Shown here: one piece after another, positions 1 through 7,724 of the stretch
Layout of the letters: the number at the start of each line of letters is the position of its first letter
Position numbering within the stretch: position 1 is the first letter of the stretch
Virus record (IMG/VR): IMGVR_UViG_3300050014_000823
Location: 124,001-188,000 of that record
Strand: one strand, 5' to 3'
DNA length: 64,000 nt
Notes under the pieces: model-generated
The model's database searches: none
Told to the model about the DNA's origin: nothing
Seen by the model: only the letters and a program-made list of their open reading frames with translations
Made by a program: the position numbers and the translations under genes

Positions 1-492
1 GTTAGCTGAACACCACATCCAGTCTTTAAAATCCTCATAATTTTCTGTTTGTGAACTGAAGTAATGAATCTTCGATGGTTGTTGTGCGTAGTTCTGTGTT
101 CCTACAAGAATTTCTTTGTTTTGTTGTTTTAGTAAATCAAAAAATTCCTGGGGAAAAAATTTGTCTATTGTTTTTCTCATGGAATTAGATGTACATATGG
201 TTTTCTCACCCATTATGAACGAAATTAGTATTGGTAACTTCCTTAATTTACCCTCTCGTGATAATGGCGCAGGCTTATACCAATAATTATCAAACACACT
301 GTTATTAGTCACTGTTGTATAACCTTCTTTGAGTAAATCCCATTCTTTTAAAATTGTCAATGGTGCTAAGAGACTGCCAGTTGAGACACCCACAATAGTA
401 TCGTAATCGCCATTAATTCTTGCAAGCGTACCACCACCGTAAGCACCCCATGAACCGCCACCCGAAATAACTGCAGCTTTTTTGTTATTCAT
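1..492 (-). CDS. Patatin-like phospholipase (partial; runs off the left edge)
   Basis: My translation from ATG at 492 gives MNNKKAAVISGGGSWGAYGGGT...IVGVSTGSLL. It has the GGGxxG oxyanion motif and the GxSxG nucleophile elbow, and stays open to base 1. Not in the supplied ORF track. Confidence 0.85.
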   Translation of the reverse strand, partial: MNNKKAAVISGGGSWGAYGGGTLARINGDYDTIVGVSTGSLLAPLTILKEWDLLKEGYTTVTNNSVFDNYWYKPAPLSREGKLRKLPILISFIMGEKTICTSNSMRKTIDKFFPQEFFDLLKQQNKEILVGTQNYAQQPSKIHYFSSQTENYEDFKDWMWCSAN

Positions 493-505
493 GAGTTTAG
501 TTTTT

Positions 506-514
506 TATAAATAC
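506..514 (-). promoter_or_regulatory. Putative phage late-promoter motif GTATTTATA
   Basis: Motif lies 14 nt upstream of the ATG at 492; the same motif recurs before about 20 genes on their sense strand. Confidence 0.6.
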
Positions 515-517
515 AAA

Positions 518-1078
518 TTATTGTTTGATTTTTTGCCAGATGCGCAAATGTCTTGTTTCATCCGCAAATATCTTTAAAAATCTATCATCCTTTTCACTTT
601 CAAATTTCCAACCACATACAATTACATATGCATCAAGTTTCATATTGTCTTCAACTTTTGTTTTTAACACTTTCTGAAGTTCTTCCCGGCAAAATGGCGC
701 ATAATAATAAATTATGTCATAATCATAGTAATTATTAAAATCCCGAATATCTACATTATAAAAATTAAGTGTTGAATATATTTGTTTTGCAATACCGTAC
801 AGGACTGGATTTAATTCAATACCTTCTGCAACAAGTCCCATTTGTTCTGCAACACCACACACATTACCAACACCACAACCAATATCTAAGAATTTTTTAC
901 CAATAAAATTTTCTTTTTTTATACGTTCACAAATTATACCAAGTGTATGAGTAATATACTCAATTGGTGTGGGACAATAATCACAACCAACGTCTTTAAG
1001 GCATGCATCAAAAGCATCAGACGAAATTCTTGTAAAATATTCGTTTATTTTATTCAATATGTAATCGTTCATATCCAT
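518..1078 (-). CDS. Class I SAM-dependent methyltransferase
   Basis: Motif I FLDIGCGVGN, acidic end of beta2 (GIELN), VDIRDF, and YYYAPF post-beta4 motif. Confidence 0.8.
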   Translation of the reverse strand: MDMNDYILNKINEYFTRISSDAFDACLKDVGCDYCPTPIEYITHTLGIICERIKKENFIGKKFLDIGCGVGNVCGVAEQMGLVAEGIELNPVLYGIAKQIYSTLNFYNVDIRDFNNYYDYDIIYYYAPFCREELQKVLKTKVEDNMKLDAYVIVCGWKFESEKDDRFLKIFADETRHLRIWQKIKQ

Positions 1079-1089
1079 TTTATTATATT

Positions 1090-1989
1090 TTATGCGGGTG
1101 GACTACCACCATAACTTGCTTGGTCGTATGGCGTACCACGACAGAAACTTCCATTTACTGGAGTAACACTTAATATCTGAATTTCTGCAATTGAACTTCC
1201 ACCAAAGGTAGGAATACTTGATGCAAGTGTACAAACCATCCAACAAGAAGCACCATTAATACTTGTAATACACCAAGTACCGCTGCAAGTTTTAGTAAGG
1301 TTTGAAAGTGAACACACGCAATATTGAAAAGCACCATTATATACTGATACCATTGAACTTGTTGCTTTACCCACATTATTACTTAAATACCATTGTAAAC
1401 AAACATTATAACACTCACTACTGATTGGATTTCCTTGAATACAAGCAAGTGCGCAACAACCACCAACACCAGTATCACATGTATATATGTTCTGAAAACA
1501 AACTGGCTTATATGAAGGTGCTGCCGTAGTAGTTGTGGTTGCTGCTATTTGACAAAGACAAATATATTTAACATCAGCACTACAAGCATTTGGTTGTAAA
1601 CTGACATTTTCGGCTCTTGCACCACCAGTATTTGCATAAACACATATTTGTGGATTAACACCTGACGGTGACAATGTTGGAAGTGTTAAAATAGTACTCC
1701 AATATCCACCACCACTTTGATATGCATTGGCAGCTGGACCACATGCAGTAGCACATACAATTCCACCTGCAGCAGGTATGTTAACTATTGTTGTTGGTGT
1801 AACTTGAAAATTATTATATCCATACCAACAACTTGTCATATTTATTGAACCGCCTTTACCTGCGGAAGCACCTAAAGCAAGTAATGATTTAGGTCCGCTT
1901 GTATTAATACACGATGCCAAAGAAATACTACTACAGCCACCTTGCGGTGCAGATAACATTCCCATAGTACCACTACCACACATTGACAT
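1090..1989 (-). CDS. Cys-rich tail-associated protein (BACON-like middle, short Thr linker, C-terminal Cys-rich module)
   Basis: Directly follows the tail fibre gene. About 24 Cys in 299 aa by my count. CVYANTGGAR resembles BACON domains; the C-terminus resembles modules in 39015..41867. Confidence 0.5.
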   Translation of the reverse strand: MSMCGSGTMGMLSAPQGGCSSISLASCINTSGPKSLLALGASAGKGGSINMTSCWYGYNNFQVTPTTIVNIPAAGGIVCATACGPAANAYQSGGGYWSTILTLPTLSPSGVNPQICVYANTGGARAENVSLQPNACSADVKYICLCQIAATTTTTAAPSYKPVCFQNIYTCDTGVGGCCALACIQGNPISSECYNVCLQWYLSNNVGKATSSMVSVYNGAFQYCVCSLSNLTKTCSGTWCITSINGASCWMVCTLASSIPTFGGSSIAEIQILSVTPVNGSFCRGTPYDQASYGGSPPA

Positions 1990-1991
1990 AA

Positions 1992-3335
1992 TTATTCCTT
2001 ATTTTTATAACAATCTAATTCCATACAAAGGCAATTGACCTTTTTATCTAACTCTTTAATTGCTTCTATAAGTACTGCAGTTATTTTATCATAGGTTATT
2101 CCTAATCTACCATCAGTAATTCCATGTAAAATATCCTTATCGTCTGGAACACCAATTGTTACTACCTCTGGGAGTACCATCTGAGTATCTTGTGCAACCA
2201 AACCAATACGATTTGTATGTGTTTCATCGTTACATTCTTCATAGTTAACACCACGTAATTGTAATACTGTTGACAATGCATTACATATTGGCGTGATGCA
2301 TGTTTTAGTTCTACAGTCTGATGTTGCAATATAGTCAATTGCACATACACATGCTAAACCACCATCAGCAATACCATTAGACATTCTATATGATGTAATT
2401 GCACCCGAAGAACCTCTATATGCCAAATATAACACACCACCTGCAAAACCACAACCTAATGTTACTTCATTACCTGAAACTATATTTACTGCATTGGCAC
2501 AACATGCACATGTTGCATAACCTGCTGCACCTGCACTATAACCACTTAAACAACTTGCAACTGCAACACTTTGTGTACTAATATTTGCACTTGTTATAAT
2601 ATCGTAAAAAGCATTCCAAGTAGTATCAATACCTTTTCTAATTCTAAGCCAAGGTGTTCCACCGCCATTTACTGCTGTTCCACCAAAAACTAATTGATAT
2701 GAAGCATCACCAGTACTTGCAGTATTGCCATCATAAGGTGTAATTGTCATTAAACCCGCATAATTACCACCAGTTCCAACACTACCAGAACTAACGAAAT
2801 TCATGTGCATTGAACGTCCATTACTATTTGGACTATAATCGTTTGCACTTCTTGTACTATTATCGCAAATGCACATAAATTGGGTATTTGCGGCAATTGC
2901 ACTTACACCCAAGAAACAAGCAGGAGTACAGCCACAAAGGGCACTTGAATTACTTGCAGTTGCAGTTGCACCCAAGAAGCAGTTTGGTGTACAAGCACAA
3001 AGAGCCAAAGCATTACCTGCAGTTGTCGCACAAGTTGCTGTGGCTGTTGCACCTAAGAAACAAGCAGGGGTACAACCACAAAGTCCTAAAGAGTTACTTG
3101 CTGTTGCAGTTGCCCCTAAGAAACAACTTGGAACACAACCACAAAGAGCCAAAGCATTGCCAGCAGTAGTTGCACAAACAGCAGTAGCACCAGTAGCAAG
3201 ATATTTATTTGCCAAACAACTACCGTTTTCAATAACCTTTACAGATGTTAAACATGATACTCCACATACAGTAGTTCCTGAAAGTAGTGTAGCAGATACA
3301 GTATTTATTTTAATCGAACTTAAAAAATCTAACAT
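1992..3335 (-). CDS. Tail fibre/spike with C-terminal intramolecular chaperone (peptidase S74)
   Basis: TSDCRTK autocleavage-like motif, IGLVAQD..LPEVV and YDKITAVLIEAIKEL coiled coil; N-terminal GATATA repeats. Confidence 0.8.
   Translation of the reverse strand: MLDFLSSIKINTVSATLLSGTTVCGVSCLTSVKVIENGSCLANKYLATGATAVCATTAGNALALCGCVPSCFLGATATASNSLGLCGCTPACFLGATATATCATTAGNALALCACTPNCFLGATATASNSSALCGCTPACFLGVSAIAANTQFMCICDNSTRSANDYSPNSNGRSMHMNFVSSGSVGTGGNYAGLMTITPYDGNTASTGDASYQLVFGGTAVNGGGTPWLRIRKGIDTTWNAFYDIITSANISTQSVAVASCLSGYSAGAAGYATCACCANAVNIVSGNEVTLGCGFAGGVLYLAYRGSSGAITSYRMSNGIADGGLACVCAIDYIATSDCRTKTCITPICNALSTVLQLRGVNYEECNDETHTNRIGLVAQDTQMVLPEVVTIGVPDDKDILHGITDGRLGITYDKITAVLIEAIKELDKKVNCLCMELDCYKNKE
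2895..3200 (-). repeat. Two copies of a ~48-aa (144 bp) two-part Cys-containing fibre repeat
   Basis: CATTAGNALALCxCxPxCFLGATATASNSxxLCGCTPACFLG occurs twice in the translation; boundaries approximate. Confidence 0.8.
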
Positions 3336-3349
3336 AGTATTCGTTTACC

Positions 3350-3358
3350 TATAAATAC
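3350..3358 (-). promoter_or_regulatory. Putative late-promoter motif GTATTTATA
   Basis: 15 nt upstream of the tail fibre ATG (3335). Confidence 0.6.
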
Positions 3359-3360
3359 CA

Positions 3361-3395
3361 AAAAAAATAAAGTAAGTCGCTCGGACTTACTTTAT
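3361..3395 (-). terminator. Rho-independent terminator
   Basis: 12-bp stem ATAAAGTAAGTC/GACTTACTTTAT followed by a T-run on the minus strand, after the 3428 stop. Confidence 0.8.
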
Positions 3396-3427
3396 TTAAT
3401 ACAATTAAAATAAATGAAAACAAAAAA

Positions 3428-4207
3428 CTACATCTGCCTTAGTTCGTTCATTAGCTGTATGACAAGATTTGTTTGATTTGCGGATTGCAAAGATACTGAT
3501 TCAAGTGCTTCTTCGGGATTATTAGTAACAGTTTCCCAATAGTGCTTACTGACTTCTGGAAGTGCAAGTAATTCAACAGATTTTTTAAATCCAAGATAGT
3601 CTGCTATTAACATCAAAGGAGTATAGTCACTACCATTGAGTTTCCACACGTTAACCGTGTCGATAACCTTAGATTCCCAAGGTTTGGCAGCCAAACATCT
3701 TTTCAAAATGAAAGGAAGTTGTTTATTCTCGAACTTATCTTTGTGTTTAATATATCGCTTGATTAATAAAGGAATATCATAACTGAGTATATTGTGTCCG
3801 CAGAAGGTCGGATAATATTGTGGATTTGATTTCGCACCCTCTGACGATAATTGGTGTAGGACATCCATGAAAGTTGCAAGTACCATAAATTCGTCTTCGT
3901 TTGCAATTTTCTTAAAGAATCTCTGTAACTTACCGTTCTCAGAATATAGACTTGCATAGGTAATTGCAACTATTCTTGAGAACTCCGGATAGAAAATTGC
4001 CCGGTCTTGATAAACCTTCTCAGCCAAGTCCATATCTCTTTTATCAGTATCAAACTTATTCTCTGATAGATATCCCCAACGCTCATATAGTGCGGGGTTC
4101 TTATCTTTAAGGTCATCAAGTGTGGGGTGTTCTAAAACGGCTTTAATGTTGAAAAACAGCATATCGTAGATGCTTGCTCTGTTAAAAACTTCTTCGAAAA
4201 GTTCCAT
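3428..4207 (-). CDS. PolB-type 3'-5' exonuclease-like protein, probably catalytically inactive
   Basis: EFSRIVAI, GHNILSYDIP and IDT..W match the family; ExoI reads FFNIKAV instead of FxDIETV. Confidence 0.65.
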   Translation of the reverse strand: MELFEEVFNRASIYDMLFFNIKAVLEHPTLDDLKDKNPALYERWGYLSENKFDTDKRDMDLAEKVYQDRAIFYPEFSRIVAITYASLYSENGKLQRFFKKIANEDEFMVLATFMDVLHQLSSEGAKSNPQYYPTFCGHNILSYDIPLLIKRYIKHKDKFENKQLPFILKRCLAAKPWESKVIDTVNVWKLNGSDYTPLMLIADYLGFKKSVELLALPEVSKHYWETVTNNPEEALESVSLQSANQTNLVIQLMNELRQM

Positions 4208-4235
4208 AGTTAATAATGAATTAGATATTTATATG

Positions 4236-4243
4236 CAAATATA
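4236..4243 (-). promoter_or_regulatory. Bacteroidota-type -7 promoter element TATATTTG
   Basis: Matches TAnnTTTG, with TTG about 20 nt upstream; precedes the exonuclease-like gene. Confidence 0.6.
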
Positions 4244-4245
4244 GT

Positions 4246-4254
4246 GTATTTATG
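4246..4254 (+). promoter_or_regulatory. Late-motif variant GTATTTATG
   Basis: On the + strand upstream of the + strand gene at 4273, showing the motif follows gene orientation. Confidence 0.5.
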
Positions 4255-4272
4255 TGAAAAAGCAAGGATATT

Positions 4273-4731
4273 ATGGAAATAAAAATGCATGAACACAACT
4301 TTCGTAGAATGTTTTTTGATATTCTCAGAGATACCAATACTGCAAAGTACAGTATGACTAAGTTTGCAGCTTTAGTTGGCTTCATATTATTGACTGCAAC
4401 AATCATTGTTGGTTTAGTTATAATGTGTCAAAAGGGAGAAATTGACCACGTATTCATTGTCGAATTAATCGGTTTTGTATTAACATTATTAGGTTTCAAA
4501 AATAGTTTTGGGTTTAAAGGTAATGGACAGACAATTACCACTAACGGTAATAATGATAATAACAGTGCAATTACCAATGAAGACACTAAAGGTAGAATGG
4601 GTGATGGTCAACATGACGAAGACACTAAAGGTAGAATGGGTGATGGTCAACATGACGAAGACAGTATGGTGTGTACAACTGTAAATCCTAAAGAACAAGC
4701 GGATTTTGTAAACGACACTCTTAAAGGTTAA
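4273..4731 (+). CDS. Small two-TM membrane protein (holin-like candidate)
   Basis: Two hydrophobic helices (FAALVGFILLTATIIVGLVIM; VFIVELIGFVLTLLGF) and a charged tail; within 2 kb of the GH25 gene. Confidence 0.45.
   Translation: MEIKMHEHNFRRMFFDILRDTNTAKYSMTKFAALVGFILLTATIIVGLVIMCQKGEIDHVFIVELIGFVLTLLGFKNSFGFKGNGQTITTNGNNDNNSAITNEDTKGRMGDGQHDEDTKGRMGDGQHDEDSMVCTTVNPKEQADFVNDTLKG
4579..4663 (+). repeat. Perfect 39-bp tandem duplication (EDTKGRMGDGQHD x2)
   Basis: gaagacactaaaggtagaatgggtgatggtcaacatgac at 4579-4617 and 4618-4656, plus a partial copy. Confidence 0.95.
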
Positions 4732-5062
4732 AGATAAAATGAACTGCTTTACGTAATGGACGTTTACTGCGAATTTCATCGTAGATGTCCTTTACGTCTT
4801 CAAGTGAATAACTTGTGAGTTGACTTTTAATGTGGATTTTTGAATGTCTGAGGATGTATCTGATATACTTCTTTTTTTCTTTTTCTTTCCTCGTTTTTTT
4901 CGCCTCTACTTCGGCAAGTAGGTCCTCACCGATTTCCATGAAATCATTAGCAGATTTGTTTTTGTTTCTTTTGGTGTTATCTTCCATGAAGATAGTAAAC
5001 GACTTAATATCTACACCCTCATCGTCAGAATCAATGGATAATATCTTCTTATCGACTTCCAT
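4721..5062 (-). CDS. Hypothetical protein
   Basis: ORF tiles tightly with neighbours; no recognisable motif. Confidence 0.6.
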   Translation of the reverse strand: MEVDKKILSIDSDDEGVDIKSFTIFMEDNTKRNKNKSANDFMEIGEDLLAEVEAKKTRKEKEKKKYIRYILRHSKIHIKSQLTSYSLEDVKDIYDEIRSKRPLRKAVHFIFNL

Positions 5063-5068
5063 AAGAAA

Positions 5069-5584
5069 TTATTCCGGCAAATCCTCTAATTTTGAGCCAT
5101 ACATGTCTCTATTGCTTGTATCACCACTGACAACTGGAACTTTTGGAGTTCTTTTCCTTCTCTCTTTCTTTGTTGCAGCCAAGCCATTAACAAAATTATC
5201 GTTGAGTTTTCTAAACGAATTTTCTTTCAGTTCATCCAACTCCTTGAAAAATTCTCTTGCTTTTGTTTCAAGACCGCTTTTCATATCTTCCATCTGTTGC
5301 TTGAATTCCAATTCCTTTTCGGCAATTCTCTGATTGGTGTTGATAATTATTTCAACAAAAAGCACCAAGTCGTCTGCAACAACATTCTGATTTTTCGGAG
5401 AGATTTTAAGCAACTTACCAAGGTCGTTCTCACTAAGTACTTCAATTGAAATTTCTTCGTTCTCATCGAACACCCAATTTTTAGGTATTGCAATCTCCAT
5501 TTCGTACCAACCCTCTTGTGGATTTCTGTAAAGCGACTTCATATAACCTGTAATAGGTGCTAATATTGATTCTATTTCTTTCAT
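5069..5584 (-). CDS. Hypothetical protein with C-terminal coiled coil
   Basis: 171-aa ORF in a co-oriented cluster. Confidence 0.65.
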   Translation of the reverse strand: MKEIESILAPITGYMKSLYRNPQEGWYEMEIAIPKNWVFDENEEISIEVLSENDLGKLLKISPKNQNVVADDLVLFVEIIINTNQRIAEKELEFKQQMEDMKSGLETKAREFFKELDELKENSFRKLNDNFVNGLAATKKERRKRTPKVPVVSGDTSNRDMYGSKLEDLPE

Positions 5585-5587
5585 CTG

Positions 5588-5782
5588 CTATATTAAATAT
5601 GATAAAAATACCGACAAAGATATCCATAGCATTATCTTCTCAAAAGAAGTGAGAACAAAATGCGTGTCTTTGTTTAATTTAAACCTTCCATACATTTTTA
5701 TGACTAAATCACCTACGATGTATGCCATAAAAATGCTGGAAGATATAAATAGAAACTGATATAATTCAGTTAGTACTGTCAT
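5588..5782 (-). CDS. Small two-TM membrane protein
   Basis: Two hydrophobic segments in 64 aa; operonic spacing. Confidence 0.55.
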   Translation of the reverse strand: MTVLTELYQFLFISSSIFMAYIVGDLVIKMYGRFKLNKDTHFVLTSFEKIMLWISLSVFLSYLI

Positions 5783-5785
5783 TTC

Positions 5786-6073
5786 TTATTCTCCGTGAGT
5801 TTGTCCCGGATGTACCTGTCCCTGTGGAGCGTTAACTACCGGACCTGTAGGTGCTGTAGTAGGAGCTGCTGCAGGTGCTGGTTCCTGGAAATACTGTTCA
5901 GCAAGACCAAGACTTGCATTAATTAATGCGATTTCATTGAGTTTTTGCTGCATATCACTGATTTTGAAAAGATAATTGCAGTTAGGGTCTTGTGCGAGAC
6001 GCACTAATTCGATTTCAGCGTAATACTTGTCGGTCCTCAGTTTATTTAAGAGGTCGAGTTTTAAATTTGCCAT
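5786..6073 (-). CDS. Hypothetical protein (start reassigned to MANLK at 6073)
   Basis: The upstream in-frame extension looks like intergenic AT-rich sequence; Pro/Ala-rich C-terminus. Confidence 0.55.
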   Translation of the reverse strand: MANLKLDLLNKLRTDKYYAEIELVRLAQDPNCNYLFKISDMQQKLNEIALINASLGLAEQYFQEPAPAAAPTTAPTGPVVNAPQGQVHPGQTHGE

Positions 6074-6148
6074 TTTTGATTCTGGTTTAAATAATATTAT
6101 TTTTATGCACGTAAAAGTACATAAAGTAAATACTATATGCAAGGATTT

Positions 6149-6571
6149 TTATACGATTTCCAAGATATTTTTCTCTTGATTTACAGAAGTATCGAAGATA
6201 TTATACAATTCTATCATGGTATTCATAACATTTTTGTTCTTGTTGGGTGTAATATCGAAAATGTTTCGCCAAAACTTTTCATAATAATCAAGTGTGATAT
6301 TCTGATTTTCTCTCTTAAAATATTGGTGGTAGAAAAAGTCGTAGAAATACGCTCTCAGTGGCTCATTAACACTAAAGTCAAGACCTTCCCTTTTAAATTC
6401 ATCGCAAACCTTATTAAAACACCACCTAAAATAATTATGTATGTCTGAATCTTGAGATAAAACTTCTGAGCCAAGATAATAAGCATAAATATAATTAAGC
6501 AGGTTGATAGTAAAGTCTTTGTAAATTTCAACCCTGTCTTTGATTATAATATATTTTTGTGTTGCTGACAT
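6149..6571 (-). CDS. Hypothetical protein
   Basis: 140-aa ORF abutting the lysozyme gene. Confidence 0.6.
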   Translation of the reverse strand: MSATQKYIIIKDRVEIYKDFTINLLNYIYAYYLGSEVLSQDSDIHNYFRWCFNKVCDEFKREGLDFSVNEPLRAYFYDFFYHQYFKRENQNITLDYYEKFWRNIFDITPNKNKNVMNTMIELYNIFDTSVNQEKNILEIV

Positions 6572-6572
6572 A

Positions 6573-7253
6573 TTAAAATGTATCGAAATAATCTTTATGC
6601 ATTATGTTTAAATCAATGTCACCAATATAGCCATTGACTTGCCCCTTCTCAGTAAACTGCCAGATTTTCCATTCGGTCCAACCATTTGGAACTACAGGTA
6701 AGCTACCTTCGGGATTATTCAAGTAAGCTGCAATCCATAGTGGATATGTGCCGAAAATCGGACTTGAATTAGTATCTAAGAAACTCTTATATGAATAAAT
6801 TAAAACATCAACATTATGTTCTTTCAGTTTTTCTATGAAAGTCTTGATAAACCTATTCATGTGGTCAACTTTGTTATCCCAGATAACCGTAGACGAATAT
6901 GCTTCAACGTCAAATGCTAACGGAAATTCAACTTTTGGCAGGTAGGCAATATGACCTAAGACATTCTGTGCTTCTTCATTGGCATCGTCTTCAGGAACAC
7001 CGACATTTCCTGGTCGTGCAAAGTGATAGTAGCCGACCTTAACACCGTTCTTCTGTGCTGAAAGAACTCTTGCCTTTAAATTATAAAGATTGTCTTCATG
7101 TCCGGTTGTACCTTCTGTGACTTTTACAAAAGCAAACTCAATTCCAGCAGCTTTGGCAAGACCCCAATTAATGTCTGTTTGGTATTTAGAACAGTCTAAA
7201 CCCAACACACAGTTTAAGTTCTGCAGTCTTTGTTGTGATATCGTTGCTACCAT
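6573..7253 (-). CDS. GH25 muramidase (probable endolysin); start reassigned to MVATI
   Basis: GLDCSKYQ, FAFVKVTEG, GYYHFA, FDVE, LWIAAY, IWQFT..G.V.G...IDLN; a late motif at 7266-7274 fixes the start. Confidence 0.9.
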   Translation of the reverse strand: MVATISQQRLQNLNCVLGLDCSKYQTDINWGLAKAAGIEFAFVKVTEGTTGHEDNLYNLKARVLSAQKNGVKVGYYHFARPGNVGVPEDDANEEAQNVLGHIAYLPKVEFPLAFDVEAYSSTVIWDNKVDHMNRFIKTFIEKLKEHNVDVLIYSYKSFLDTNSSPIFGTYPLWIAAYLNNPEGSLPVVPNGWTEWKIWQFTEKGQVNGYIGDIDLNIMHKDYFDTF

Positions 7254-7294
7254 AATACTTTTTCTAATAAATACTATCTTATTCGGATAACGCA

Positions 7295-7329
7295 ATAAAA
7301 AAAGGGACAGTGTATTAACATTGTCCCTT
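7295..7329 (-). terminator. Rho-independent terminator
   Basis: Stem AAGGGACA/TGTCCCTT with a T-run on the minus strand. Confidence 0.65.
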
Positions 7330-7352
7330 CTAATAAATTCTTCTAATATCTT

Positions 7353-7724
7353 CTAATAATATACTGACACTAAAGCATCATACTCGTCTCGTGTAATGCC
7401 AAGTTCTTTTCTGATTTGTCTGATTCTCCAATTGTTTAAAAATACTGCTGAGAATAAGTACAGCACTAATACTGCCAATAGTATTGAGTATGGAATAACG
7501 AATAAACCAACAATTTTGTTAGATAAATTCAGTATTGCTGCAATCATTCCAAGGAGAAATAATCCACCGAGAACACCCACAACTGTCTTTTTAACACCAA
7601 AATCTTTCATTTCGGTTTCCTTTGAGAAGTACTTGTATGCGAACCTAATCCAGCCATTTGGCAGATGATTGTCGTATGCCAAGTCGAATTGTTCTTTAGA
7701 TATTCTATCGGTTATGTTTGTCAT
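7353..7724 (-). CDS. Membrane protein (two TM)
   Basis: Two hydrophobic helices. Confidence 0.6.
   Translation of the reverse strand: MTNITDRISKEQFDLAYDNHLPNGWIRFAYKYFSKETEMKDFGVKKTVVGVLGGLFLLGMIAAILNLSNKIVGLFVIPYSILLAVLVLYLFSAVFLNNWRIRQIRKELGITRDEYDALVSVYY

Noticed and set aside
1-1078. CBASS-like defence island (patatin CapV effector)
   Set aside because: No CD-NTase is nearby in the window, and the patatin carries the phage late motif within a structural context.
2869-3354. 161-aa plus-strand ORF with repeats
   Set aside because: Antisense shadow of the tail-fibre repeat region. The many other short antisense ORFs in the track (e.g. 4830..5333, 45394..45909, 62216..62731) were dismissed for the same reason.
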